Shown: positions 38,787 to 50,890, counted from the whole stretch's first letter. The stretch is 63,524 nt of DNA, filler included, from Olpidium bornovanus S191 (GCA_017911155.1; 30 parts of 30 records of this genome joined end to end with filler, not necessarily neighbours in it), one strand, 5' to 3'. Notes: generated by a model not told the origin, from the letters alone. A program made the numbers and translations.

Positions 38787-39646
38787 TCAGAAATCCTCAA
38801 CGCAATCCTCAACCACATCTCGGTGCAATCCGCCCTCGTGGTCGCCGCCGCCGCTCCGGGCGCTGACGCATCTGGTCGTCCTGGTCGCCGACAGGGAGGC
38901 GGACCTCGCGCCGCCTCCGGCGCCGCCGCCGGCGCTCGCGCGGAGTTCCGGGGCGCGGGGTTTGCGGACGGCCTCGCTGCGCGAGCTCGCGCCGGTCGAG
39001 GGCCTGGAGGCCGCCGCCGCCTTCGCCCCCGTCGGCACCCCGCGCGCGCCGGGTTCGGCCGACGCCGGACGGTCCGCCAGCAGGGAGTCGAACGCGCGGC
39101 CGACCGAAATCTTGTCCTGCATCGTTTCGCCCAGCCGCCGCTCCGGCGCGGTGACCTCCGGCGCGTAGCCCCGCGACCGCAGCGCCGACGCCGGGACGTA
39201 GTGCGTTCGGTGCTGCCGCTCGAAGCGGTACGTGACTACGGGTCCGTCGCCGCCGCGTTCTGGAGGCCCCGCCTTGCGAGAAAAAGCGCGCGGATCGGGT
39301 CGAAAAATTTACACCACCCTTGCCCGTGAGGCGTCGCCCCATCTCGACCGGCGCCTCTTCCCGTTGCGAGAGGGAGGGACAAAAAAAAAACAAAAAGAAT
39401 CCCTTTCCTCCATACATCTCCGTACGTGAACAAGATCCCCGCCGTCGTCCTGCCCACCGGCTCCTCCTTCGTCGGCCTGTTCCACGTCGTCAGATAGCTC
39501 ACGGTGCCGGTTGCCGGGTTTGTTCCTCTGTACTCGGTGTGGCGGAACCAGCCGGCGTCCTGCGTCATGGACGGCCACTTCGCCAGCAGCGCCTCGATCA
39601 CCCCCAACCCCTCTGCTTCCCTCGGTCCAACACGCGTGGTCTCCAA
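38787..39646 (-). CDS. AKAP14/AKAP28-like (ciliary A-kinase anchor) domain protein, 5' truncated
   Basis: Spliced at 39415-39273 in phase 0: GLGVIEALLAKW...YLTTWNRPTKEEPVGRTTAGILFTYGD|AGPPERGGDGPVVTYRFERQHRTH...MQDKISV. This resembles the AKAP28 pattern W..PT...P....TA...F...V.Y.FE...H. Confidence 0.55.
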
Positions 39647-39657
39647 CTGCGCTTAAC

Positions 39658-39688
<31 letters not shown>

Positions 39689-39906
39689 GNNNNNNNNNNN
39701 NNNNNNNNNNNNNNNNNNNNNNNNNNNNNNNNNTTAATTAATTAANNNNNNNNNNNNNNNNNNNNNNNNNNNNNNNNNNNNNNNNNNNNAACTTCTCAGA
39801 GGACGGTACGCATTTAACGGTGCTCATTGCTCGCTCGACCGAACAGAACCTCCCAAAACCTTTGCACCAGACGGATTGATCGTGCTATAGCAGAAACCAG
39901 GCCGGC

Positions 39907-42900
39907 ATGTCGAGGCATGACGAGTCCAACCTGCCAAATGCCGTCCAGGACGACGACCAAGACCAGGCGCCAAGAGACGATGCCCAGCAGCCGCGAATCC
40001 ACTTCCAGGGCGGCGCGCCGTCCTCGCCGATACCGGTCCACCTGCCGCCTCTTAAAGGCGGTGCACGTCAGCATCCCTCGGGCCCCACAAATGATCCTGG
40101 CGCGACGTTGCCCAAGACGAGCCGGCCCCCCGGCGCGGCGGTGCCCGGGTCCGAATCCCATTCGCCGCCGCAGGCCGCGGGCGGAGCGGCGCGCGCCTCC
40201 GCGCCGGCGGCGACAAGCGACGGCGTAAACTCGCGTCGCGGCTCCGTTGCCGTCGGCCACGGGCGAGGCCAGCGAGGGTCCTTTTCGTCGGGCCAGGGCA
40301 GGGCCAAGTTCTCGTCGATTTCCGGGGAGAGCCAAAGGTCCGATCCGTCTGCGCCCCTGCGGCCGTTCTCTCCCAACAGGCGGGCGGGCATCGCTCGAGA
40401 AGTCCTCAATTCCATCAAGCACCACGGCTCGGCGTTCCGCAGGCAGCAGCGCCAGCCGGACGGCCAGGAAATTTCCGCCCAGCACACCGCCCCGTCGGTG
40501 GTGTTCGGAGTCACCGCGGACGATCTCTCTGCGCTGGTCAGTTTCGACCATCGCGACGGCGAGGCTCTCGAGAAACAGCTCGCGATGCTTGCGGCGGCAC
40601 CTTTCAACGGCATCTGCGGCCTTGCCGAGGCCCTCCGCACGGATCCCGTCTTCGGACTGCCGCTGGCCTCCGAGGTCCCCACCAGGTCGTTACAAGGGAT
40701 GAAAGAACTGAGCTTGTCTTCCGGCATCCTTAACGTCAGCCCGGTAGACGGCGGTGGAGCGACGACGACCGTAACCCAGCTGCTTGACGTGGCATACGCT
40801 GAGGAACGCAGGGCGGCTTTTGGCATAAACCTTATTCCGGCGCCGCCTTCGGAAACCATCCTTCAAATGGTGTGGGGCACCATTGTGGAGGATCCCATCC
40901 TTAAGATATTGATAGCCGGCGCCACCGTCACTCTCATCGTCGGTATAGCCACCAGCCCTGAGCATGGCTGGGTCGACGGCTTTGCCATTCTGGTAGCCGT
41001 TGTGATAGTTTTGACTGTCACCGCCGGAAATGACTACTCGAAGGAAAAAAAGTTTAAGAAGTTACTGTTGCTCAGCTCCGACAAGAAGACGAAGGTGACC
41101 CGTTCACTGACCCCACTTGCCATTACGGAAATCGCACTGGGAGCGCGAGCTTAACAACCTGCCCGCCCGTCCACATTTCCAGATCGTGAGAGGTGGAAGG
41201 CGCGACCAAATATCATCATGGGATCTTCTCGCCGGCGACTTGGTCGAGTTGGCCATCGGTGACGAGATTCCCGCAGACGGCATCTACGTCAGAGGCAACC
41301 GCCTCGTCGTGGACGAGTCCCCCCTAACGGGCGAATCGATACCCGTCAAGAAATCAGAGTCGGCGCCTTTCATGTTCTCGGGATGCCAGGTGTCGGAAGG
41401 GACGGCGGAGATGCTGGTGACGGGCGTCGGCCCCCGGTCTACCGGCGGCAAGATTCAGGAGCTCCTCAGCGAGACGCAGAAGGAGGAGACTCCGCTCCAG
41501 CTGAAGCTAAAGGACGTCGCGGTGCTCATCGGAAAAGTCGGCTTCCCCGCCGGCATCGCCACCTTCATCGCTTTGATCATCCGATGGGCCATAAACTTGG
41601 GCACGGGGCGCGTCGTCTGGGAAACGATGCGGCTGAAAGAGCTGATCGACTTCTTTGTGGTCGCCGTGACTGTGGTCGTCGTGGCCGTGCCGGAGGGTTT
41701 GCCCCTCGCGGTCACCATCTCGCTCGCATTTTCCATGTTCAAAATGGTCAGTGAGCGATGCTTCGTCCGGCATCTCGCCGCTTCAGAGACCATGGGGCAG
41801 GCAACCTGCATCTGCACAGGTAATCCGACCAAAACGGGAGTAACATTTCTTGTTTTTTTTTTTTATTTTCGCCGCCCAGCGGCGGGTCGGTGGAGTACGC
41901 CGTTCGACGTTCCGTGCCGGCTAACGCCAAGGCGTTACATTTTTCCTGCAGACAAGACGGGGACGCTTACCGAAAATCGAATGACGGTGGTCAAGGTCTT
42001 GGCCGGGGATTTTCATTTCGCCGGAGAAGGGGCGGGCACTCACATCGACTCGCAGTTCACGAGCGACACGTTCCCCGCGAGCGTGCGCGACCTGCTCTGC
42101 GAGAGCATCTGCCTGAACAGCTCGTGCTTCTTGAAATACGTCGCCGGGAAGACCGTCTTCGTCGGCAGCCCGACCGAGGGGGCGCTGCTGCTCTTCTCGG
42201 AAAAGCTCGGGGTAGAGTACCAGCGGGCGCGGGACTCGGTCAAAACCATCCCGTCGGCGTCGATCGCTTTCGACTCCGGGCGCAAGCGCATGTCGACGAC
42301 CGTCCGCCCCGTCGCCTGCGCCCCGGAGGGGCCGTCGGAGTACCGGCTGTACGTCAAGGGCGCATCGGAGATCGTTTTCGCGCTGTGCAAGCGCATCATC
42401 GTCGCCGCCGATCCCCTGCAAGTCCGGGCCCTCACCGAGGAAGACACGCAGCGGATACACCAGACGATCAAAGACTGGGCCGCCGAGGGCCTGCGGACGA
42501 TCGTCACGGCGTACAAGAACATGGACCAGTACAAAACGGACGAGGACATGGATTTCGACCTGACGTTTATCAGCTTGATGGGCGTCAAGGACCCCGTGCG
42601 CGCCGAAGTCCCCGATGCCGTCGCGAGGTGCCAGCGGGCGGGGATTGTCGTGCGGATGGTCACGGGCGACAACATCCTGACGGCTTCCAAGATCGCCCGG
42701 GAGTGCGGCATCCTCAACGAGTTCGGCGCGGCCCTGGAGGGACCGGTCTTCCGGGCCATGTCCCCCCGGGAGCGCGCAGACGTCATTCCCCGCCTGCAAG
42801 TTCTGGCGCGGAGTTCCCCTCACGACAAGCTCATCCTGGTGCACGCTCTGCGCAGTATGGGCGAAGTCGTCGCCGTGACCGGGGACGGAACCAACGACGC

Positions 42901-43751
42901 TCCGGCCTTGAAAGAGGCGGACGTTGGGTTTGCGATGGGCATATCGGGTACCCAGATTGCCATGAACGCATGCGACATCATCTTGCTAGACGACAACTTT
43001 GCCACAATCGTCTCCGCCCTCCGGTACGTTTTTCGGGCCTCGTTTGTATTTCAGAAAGGTGGGAACCTGCGCGTTGTCAGTTCCCAGGGCCAAAAAAAAA
43101 TTGTTTTGTTATTCGCGCTCCAGATGGGGCCGGAATGTTCTCAACTGCGTACGAAAGTTCCTGCAATTCCAACTGTCGGTCAACCTCGTCGCGATAAGCA
43201 TCACGTTCGTTGGTTCGGTGGCGATCGGCGAGTCGCCACTTTCGGCGGTAGAGCTGCTTTGGGTGAACCTTATCATGGACACACTCGGCGCGCTTGCCCT
43301 CGCCAGCGAAGAGCCGGACCCGGACATCCTGGTCAAGACCCCGCACAGCCGGTCCGAGAAACTGATCAACAAAAACATGTTCATATTCATCGCGGCGCAG
43401 ACCACGTACCAGATGGCGGCGCTGCTGACGCTGCTGGGGGCCGGCAACGACATTGTCCCGGTCACGGAAGGGAAATTCGCCGGCGAAGAGGATATGGACA
43501 GGCGGCTCCGGTCGCTAATTTTCAGCACCTTCGTGTTCCTCCAGGTGGTGAACGAGTTTTGCGCCCGCCACCTTTACCACCAGCTGAACCCCTTCGCGGG
43601 AATCACCCGCAGCCGGCTCTTCACCGCCATCATGGTGTTCATCCTTTTGATCCAGGTCCTGATGGTGCAGTTTGCGAGCGGCTTCGTGGGATCGATGGAG
43701 CTCGACTGGCAGGAGTGGCTGTGCTGCGCGTTCATAGCCGTTCTGGACCTC
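39907..43751 (+). CDS. PMC1: P2B-type (PMCA/Pmc1) Ca2+-transporting ATPase, 3' truncated
   Basis: DESPLTGES, VVAVPEGLPLAVT, CT|DKTGTLT phosphorylation site (split by intron), FDSGRKRM, KGASE, GVKDPVR, MVTGDN, ARSSPHDK, TGDGTNDAPALK, KFLQFQLSVN, LLWVNLIMDT. Confidence 0.95.
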
Positions 43752-43851
43752 NNNNNNNNNNNNNNNNNNNNNNNNNNNNNNNNNNNNNNNNNNNNTTAAT
43801 TAATTAANNNNNNNNNNNNNNNNNNNNNNNNNNNNNNNNNNNNNNNNNNNN

Positions 43852-44530
43852 GCACCTTAGAAGCCTTAGTGGCCCCCGTCAAGTCCGACCTCCTGTTAGG
43901 GCTACGCTGGCTGCGCCAGGAAAACCCAATAATAGATTGAACGGCAGGCACCGTCCAGCTAGGCGAAGACACGATCTTGTCTAAGCACCAGCTATGAAAG
44001 GCGCTGAAACAAAGAGAAGTGGTAGCCGTCGCAACTGTAGTTGAAGAGCCCGTCAAGGACTTAGAAGGCCCTCCAGACGTCGACTTACGGTTCGCCAAGA
44101 TCATAAGGGAATACCAGGACGTATTGCCGGCTACCCTACCTCCCGTTAACGCCCTCCGGACTCGTGCGAAGAAGATTGTCCACGAGATCGCCATAGAGGC
44201 TGGTGCCAAGCCGCATAGCCAGCCGATATACCACCTCTCAGAAGCTGAGCTTGCAGAGCTTAGGCGCCAGCTGAAGGAGCTCCTCGAAGCCGGCCACATT
44301 AGACCGTCCAAGTCTCCCTGGGAAGCCCCCATACTCTTCGTTAAGAAGAAGGGGTCAGACAAACTGCGGATGTGCATAGACTATTGCCGCCTAAACGCAG
44401 TCATTATCAAGGATGCCACCCCATTGGTCCTTCCCGAGGAGATGAGACATAGGTTCGCCGGCGCGAAGTACTTCTCGGCCCTCGACCATACCCAGGGATA
44501 TTACCAGATCCCTGTGGCCAAGAAGTGTTG
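43852..44530 (+). mobile_element. Ty3/gypsy pol fragment (protease end plus RT start), inactivated and truncated
   Basis: DLLLGLRWLRQENPIID* (premature TGA where Trp is expected), then IRPSKSPWEAPILFVKKKGSDKLRMCIDYCRLNAV...AKYFSALDHTQGYYQIPV. Homology stops abruptly at about 44525. Confidence 0.92.
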
Positions 44531-44654
44531 GTACTCAAGCTCTCACTGCCCTCAAAGTAGTAACCGCCCGAACCCAAAATAAACCAAACAGAACAAAACC
44601 AAACCACAGGTTATGAGCCCAACGGCGCCCTGCCCGTGAACCATCCTCCCGTTA

Positions 44655-44900
44655 ACGCTCCCGAAGAGCGCAACCCCGGCGCCGCCGCGCCATCCTTCGT
44701 GAACGCTCCCGAAGAGCGTGAACCAGCCTTCTTCTGCGCTCCCGAAGAGCGCAACCATCTTTCGCGCCGCCGCCTTCCGCCTTCCGCGCAGCCCCGCCGC
44801 CTTTGGCTGCTGCGCGCCCGCCATCGCCGCGCAGCACCCGCCGCCTTCCGCGCAGCACCCGCCGCCTTCCGCGCAGCGCCCGCCGCCAACGCCGCTGCGC
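44655..44900. repeat. Three CGCTC-CCGAA-GAGCG hairpin repeats plus 21-bp GC-rich tandem repeats
   Basis: Hairpin copies at 44656-44670, 44703-44719 and 44735-44753; (CCGCCGCCTTCCGCGCAGCAC)n at about 44825-44890. Confidence 0.7.
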
Positions 44901-45327
44901 GCCTGCCGCCGCGCGCCCGCCGCGCCCGCAACTGCCATCCTCTGCGCCGCCGCGCAGCAACCATCCTTGCGCCGCTGCACAGCAGCTCGCCATCCAAGCA
45001 AAGAAGCACCAAAAAAAAAAAAAAGAAATGATGACCAGAACGCCGCCGCTGCAGAACGCGCAAAGCTCCGGACAAGCAACTGCTGAAACTGCTGGGCAGC
45101 ACATCCCCAGGGCCGGGGAAGACTCAAAGGTAAGAAGCCAGCGCGGANNNNNNNNNNNNNNNNNNNNNNNNNNNNNNNNNNNNNNNNNNNNTTAATTAAT
45201 TAANNNNNNNNNNNNNNNNNNNNNNNNNNNNNNNNNNNNNNNNNNNNCTCTCTTTTTCCCGCGTTTCTTTCTTCCCTCCGGCGCCGGCGCGGGGGCGGAA
45301 AAGGCGAGAGAAAAAAAAAAAAAAAGG

Positions 45328-45362
<35 letters not shown>

Positions 45363-45989
45363 GCCGGGTACAAAACGAAGGGGGCGGCGCGGAGCGCGAC
45401 GGCCTGTTAGGGTTCGGGTTTGGGGGGACCGACTAGATCTTTTATACACAAACTGGACAGGCTGCAAATTTGAAGAGAGAGAGAGAAGGGCGAGAGAGAC
45501 GGGGTGGGGGGGGGGAGGGGATAATCTTTGAAACGCAAATTTTTCCCCCGAAGTTTAATACCCAGCAGAACGGAAAACGGAAAACGGAAAAAGGACGAAA
45601 AAAACAGGCAAAATAGAAATGGAAAACGGAGAGAAAAAGGGACAGGATTGGGGTAAAGAAAAAAGAACAAAAGAACATCAAATATGCCGGTTTTGTTGCG
45701 ATTAAAAAGCCGGGAGGGAGCAAGTGTGGGGTGGGGGTGGGGTGGTGTTAAAGTCAGAGCAAGGAGGGACAAGGCTATTACAGAGCAAACTCACGGCCTG
45801 CAAAAGAGGTATTACAAACTAATGTGAAAAACAGAGGAGGCTGTGTGCAGCGAAGAAAAAAAAAAAAGGGGGGGGGGGGGGGGGGGGGGGGGTGAATGAG
45901 AAATGGGAGAAACGGGAGCGGAGGCGGAAAGGTTGCATAATACATCAACTTTTTTTGGATGCATGACGGGGTTGTAGCCCAAAAAAAAC

Positions 45990-46764
45990 TCGCTATGCCG
46001 TTGTCTCCGCAGAATCCTCATCAGCCTTCTCGCTTCGTTCCGAGTCGCCGTTGTCCGCTTCCCCAGCGAATGGCGTGCCCCCACGATCTCTTGATGCACC
46101 CTTTCGTTTTTCGCGCGAGCGTGCACGAAGTGCCGGGCGTAAGTTTTTTGAGAACGTGGAGTGTTTGTGTGTGTGTGTGTGTGTGGGGGGGAGGTGGGTT
46201 TGATGGGGGGCAGGTCAGCGTAAGCGGGGGTCGTAAGCGGCCGTGTCAAGCAAGACCACGCGGCGGCCGCACTCCTGTTTCGCCACAAAATGCGCGGGCT
46301 CCCTACCTCGGTTGCAAAGCCAACTTCCACATCCGAGAGCTTCATCCGGCTAAAGTCGGATTCGAAGCCGCCGGTGATCTCCGCTGCGGTCGCGGTGAAC
46401 GTGTCCGCCACCACAAGCGGTTCCGCGCCACCGTCGCTCGCGTCGTCGGCCGCACCCGGAATTTGCGGCGTCGAAGTGACGGCTCCGCCGCCGACATCGA
46501 AGCCGACGCCGCCGCCGATGCCGAAGTCGAGGTCTCGGCCGAACGACCGCTCAAAGTCAGCGTTCCAGTCAGCCACCGTCAGCTTCTCCTGCGGCGCTTC
46601 GGCCGCAAATTGCGCCATCGTCGGCGGCGCATCTGTGTTCGACCATGCGGTCGCGTTCTGGTGACGCAGAGTCTGCGTCAGGGGGATCATATTTTAAATG
46701 TTGCGGCCGGAATCCGATCTTCCTCCGTTACGCACATCCTCTTCATCATCACTGTCATCAAAAC
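45990..46764 (-). CDS. Acidic low-complexity C-terminal exons of an unidentified gene
   Basis: FDDSDDEED, then MAQFAAEAPQEKLTVADWNADFERSFG...GFATE with a GTAGGG donor, and an acidic terminal stretch. No family recognised. Confidence 0.3.
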
Positions 46765-48576
46765 NNNNNNNNNNNNNNNNNNNNNNNNNNNNNNNNNNNN
46801 NNNNNNNNTTAATTAATTAANNNNNNNNNNNNNNNNNNNNNNNNNNNNNNNNNNNNNNNNNNNNCATGGCGCCGGCTGACTGCGCCAGCAGGCCTACTTC
46901 ACCTCTGCGTGAACGCCCTTTCGTCGACGCGGGACGTGCAGTAAACGCCAGACGCAGCCAAGTCAGCAGGGTTAGGGCCGTTTTCCTTGATTTCTTCGTC
47001 AGAATGATTAAGTTCTCGCTTCCTAAAGGTTTTTGGTTTTTTTGGAGTAATATTGAGAAAGGTCCCAGCCGTGCAATAAACTTCCTCGGCTGGTGCGGTG
47101 TTCTCGGTCTGGATGGTGGCAGCATCAGAGACAATGCAGCATCGGCGTTAACGCCGGCGTTGCTGCCCATCTGTGTAAGAACTTGTATATCCTACAGATG
47201 AAGCTTGGCGGATTGAGGCCTTCCGCGGCTCCGAAACCTGCTTTTAGACTTGTGGTCATAGCAGAGAAAGGGGCTTGGCAATTTAGCGTGACGACACAGT
47301 ACGCGGATGACTGGGCAATGGCGGGCGGCGGGACGACGTGCGGCGCTGTTGTGGGAAAAAGACGCAAATGAAAGCGTCGGAGGGCAGAGGGGGTTCCAAA
47401 AACAACGACAAAAATCCAAAACTAAGGCATAGAATTCCAATGCCAGGGTAAATCATTCGGCCCCCTCCTCAACGCGTTGCAGGCTGGCCGCGTCGAGACT
47501 CTTCCCCACTCACCCCCCCTTCTTTTCGGAAACTCTTCCCAGGGCACTATTGTGAAGAAGAGAAGAAGAGGCAAACGTGGAAGCGGAATTCCAGAATTAC
47601 GTGACAAAAAGTGTTGGGTTTTGAAGGGAGCTCCGAGAAGCTTCTGTATTCCGCCAATCCACCCGGTTTTATAGAGAGGATTTCAAAGTGAATCCTGAAG
47701 GGATTCAAGGTTTGGATGTGCGCAGTGCTACCCCTGCGCCACTCCCGCCTTGCTAACAGAAAGAAAGACGGCTCCCCACTTCTTCCCCTTTCCCCCCCCC
47801 CCCTCCCCTCTCCCCCCGACGAGAATTCCTCTCACGCATCCCTTCTTTTTCAACAAAACATAAAAATGAATAGGCGTGGAAATGTAAAGACAAAGAGACG
47901 GCAAGTTCGGCAGATTTTGGGACGTTCGAGATGGAAACAGACTACGAGTTAACGGCCAGGAGCCGTCCTGTGAACTGCCTCTTGTCCTGCTATAGTTGGC
48001 GCTCCCTGGCAGGAGAGTCATTTGTAGAGCGAAGCGCAATGACGGCTGTGTGCGAGAAAATGACGACGGATACAACGAGACGGCGACGGAGACCGGCGAA
48101 CGCAGCGATTCGAGAAATAGCCCAACCACGACAGCTACGTGTGAGAGCGACGACGGCTACGACATACTTGACGGCGACGACGAGTGGCGGGCGCAACAAT
48201 GATATCAGCGCGTGAGAGCGGTGACAACAATGGCAACTACAACAACGAAGGGGACTCGGGTTGGAGATTCGACTTGGCGTGAACAACCCACTTTGGCGTC
48301 GGACAAGGAGGAATACCTCGAGTTGACTGGGGGATAAGTAGAGTGATCTCTATCTAAGAGTAGAGTTTTCAGTCAAGTGCCCCAAAACCTCGCTGTCCAT
48401 TTCAGAGTGGCTGGACCATTCCTACCAATATGTCAAACAAGTTGAGTTGGATTACGCAATGGCGCCGCAAGACATGNNNNNNNNNNNNNNNNNNNNNNNN
48501 NNNNNNNNNNNNNNNNNNNNTTAATTAATTAANNNNNNNNNNNNNNNNNNNNNNNNNNNNNNNNNNNNNNNNNNNN

Positions 48577-48648
48577 CTCGCGCGACTTGTTTCGCCCCAA
48601 CTCGCGCGACTTGTTTCGCCCCAACTCGCGCGACTTGTTTTGCCCCGA
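48577..48648 (+). repeat. 24-bp tandem repeat array 1 (inside presumed intron)
   Basis: (CTCGCGCGACTTGTTTCGCCCCAA)x3, third copy variant, running off the contig start. Confidence 0.95.
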
Positions 48649-48683
48649 TTCCCGATGTTGACATCGCGTTTCCTTCCGCGAAG

Positions 48684-50089
48684 AGATAGTAACGAGGGCT
48701 CTTCAACAAGCGATCGATCGCGCGGATCCGTTGGCGATCGCGATGGAAGCACGAGAGCGTGCTGTCGTAACCGGCGACGTTTCTCGCCACCAGTGCACGG
48801 GGGTCGATATCGCGGTGTACTCTAGCAACCGCATGATGCGCGTCTGCGGTGCTTCAAAGGCCGTGTGGGCTCCGGGCCAAGGACCATTCATGCCCGCTCC
48901 CCCTCGCTTCCTTCGTCCATCCTTGATAACGGGTTGGTGGTCGAGCAAGGGACTGGTGGCGCATCGCTTCCTTGTGCCAGCCGAACTTGACGCGGGCGTC
49001 CCGAGTCTGGCAGCCAGGCAGGCGTGGTTCCGCGCCTCCGTTATGTGCGGACGAGCCCTGCAACCCTGCACGATCCCGCCTCTCCCCACGGACTCGCCCC
49101 TCCTAAAGTCAACGCTCCGCCTCTTGGACGAGGATCTCCAGAGCGACGGGCACCAGTCCCGGCAAGACGTGACGGCCGTCAGCCCATGGTGGCGCGACGA
49201 TCTTCGTTGCATCCAATACGCGCGAGCTTCGAAGTCGCCGTCTCCGGCGACTCTGCCGACGGGCCATCAGCGGCCCTTTTCAAAACGTCCGCGCCCCTCG
49301 CCGTTCGAGAAGAGCGGCTCCACCCGCTCGTGCTTCGTTTTTGACGAAGACGTTGAAGGATTGATCCCGCGATGCTACAGGGACGACGGATCAGGGTGGA
49401 TCGAGGTCTTTCCGGGAGGGCACCGGCGCGTCGCGGGAGCAGAAGCTGACCGGGTGGAAATCGAGTATTGCACACGTGCCGTCAGCGCGGACCCGCCGCA
49501 CATCCAGTATGTGCGAGCAATGATGGTCTTGCGCGAGCTTGATTTCCGGTACCGATTGCTGGTACGTCCTTGACTTCGGTTCCGCGAGGTGTTTCGCCCC
49601 AACTCGCCCACTCGCCCGAGGGCGAGGACGCGCGACTTGTTTCGCCCCAACTCGCGCGACTTGTTTCGCCCCACCTCGCGCGACTAACTCGCGCGACTTG
49701 TTTCGCCCCAACTCGCGGATTCATAGGCGCCCGACATCGACCCTGAGTCGCGCGCTGGACTCGAACAGTCCCACGCTACTCTCTTGCGCGAGCTGCGCTC
49801 ACTGCGGGACCGAGGATGGACCTCTGTCGCCGGAATGTCCGACGAAGCATGTCGGGCGATGTTCTCGGACTCGGTTGTCACGTACGTTATCCCCGAGTTT
49901 CCCGTTTACGACGCCCTCGCCGGGAGATACGTCCGGCTAGCGGACGTGAATCAAAAGACAATTGTATACTGCCCCCGCCACGAAACGACCGGGGAGCACA
50001 GCCCGTCGGCATTCGTCGCGCAACTGGAGTCCGGGCGACGATTCATATACTGCTCGGTCTGCTCGCCGGCGGCTGGGCGAGGGCGCATA
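48684..50089 (+). CDS. Archaeo-eukaryotic primase (PrimPol/viral-type) fragment with C-terminal CHC2-like zinc finger, partial at both ends
   Basis: VDIAVYSSNRMMRVCGASK (48803-48859) fits AEP motif III (human PrimPol VDLGVYTRNRNFRLYKSSK). A phase-0 intron at 49562-49726 joins it to CPRHETTGEHSPSAFVAQLESGRRFIYCSVC (49970-50062; CPxH..PSxxV..YCxxC). Confidence 0.65.
49589..49716 (+). repeat. 24-bp tandem repeat array 2 (inside intron 49562-49726)
   Basis: Same unit as array 1: three full copies, one partial copy and one 13-bp deletion variant (GCGCGACTAACTC). Confidence 0.95.
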
Positions 50090-50189
50090 NNNNNNNNNNN
50101 NNNNNNNNNNNNNNNNNNNNNNNNNNNNNNNNNTTAATTAATTAANNNNNNNNNNNNNNNNNNNNNNNNNNNNNNNNNNNNNNNNNNNN

Positions 50190-50890
50190 CATGCGGCAAT
50201 CCAATTTTCGGTCCGTGGCGTCGGAGAAATCTTGAACATACGGAGTGGAATGTACCTGCAGGTTCAGGCCACACGGAAATTAAGTGAACGGACTCACGCT
50301 GTCTGACAACCCATCATTGGCACTCCGGCGACGCATCCCCTCATACCCATTATGAGCTGCTGTCTGTTACTTGTTCCGATCAGCGAATCTAGCCGTTCTG
50401 CCAGTTCGTTGGCCGCCTGTAACATAGACCACGAGTCATTTCCGGTTATCAAACTACGATACCGGAGTTGATGCTGCGTGTCGATACCTTGTTCGTGAAG
50501 GTAACGGCGCATATTGATTTTGGCTGTATCTGCCGTCGTTTCACAAGGTCGGCGATCTGTCCATGACACGGATCAGAACGTTGCCGCAACCTACACCTTC
50601 TTCGCAGCCCGTCCGGCTATTTCACTGACACTCACTCGACGCGTAAGAACGGACGTTTTTCCTGGAAAGTCGGACGTTTGCGTCAGCGGAGCTGCAACCG
50701 GATCCGCTTCGGACGGCGCCGCTCGCGCAGCAGCCCGCCAACCGGGAGAAGAGAGCGGAGAATGCCACGAACCACATCCGGGACCCGCGACGACATGCAG
50801 AACAGGGCGCTCAGACGTGACGGCGGCTAACTGCTCTTCTGATAGGCCGTGCAGGTGGTCTCTGTCTGAGCAAGTGGCGTCGGCGTTCAT
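50190..50890 (-). CDS. UvrD/Rep/Srs2-family DNA helicase, N-terminal exons
   Basis: LHGLSEEQLAAVTSERPVLHVVAGPGCG|KTSVLTRR|IADLVKRRQIQPKSICAVTFTNK|AANELAERL..IMG|TFHSVCSRFLRRHG..IGL. These are UvrD motifs Q, I, Ia and Ib, joined over four GT-AG introns. Start uncertain. Confidence 0.9.

Noticed and set aside
45407-45426. TTAGGGTTCGGGTTTGGGG telomere-like run (also a single GGGTTAGGG at about 46968)
   Set aside because: Only one perfect unit in G-rich low-complexity DNA, compatible with chance.
48290-48476. ISEWLDHSYQYVKQVELDY, weakly Gag-like; also orphan frames at 46865-47370 and 6610-7064
   Set aside because: Too short and stop-ridden to support a call.
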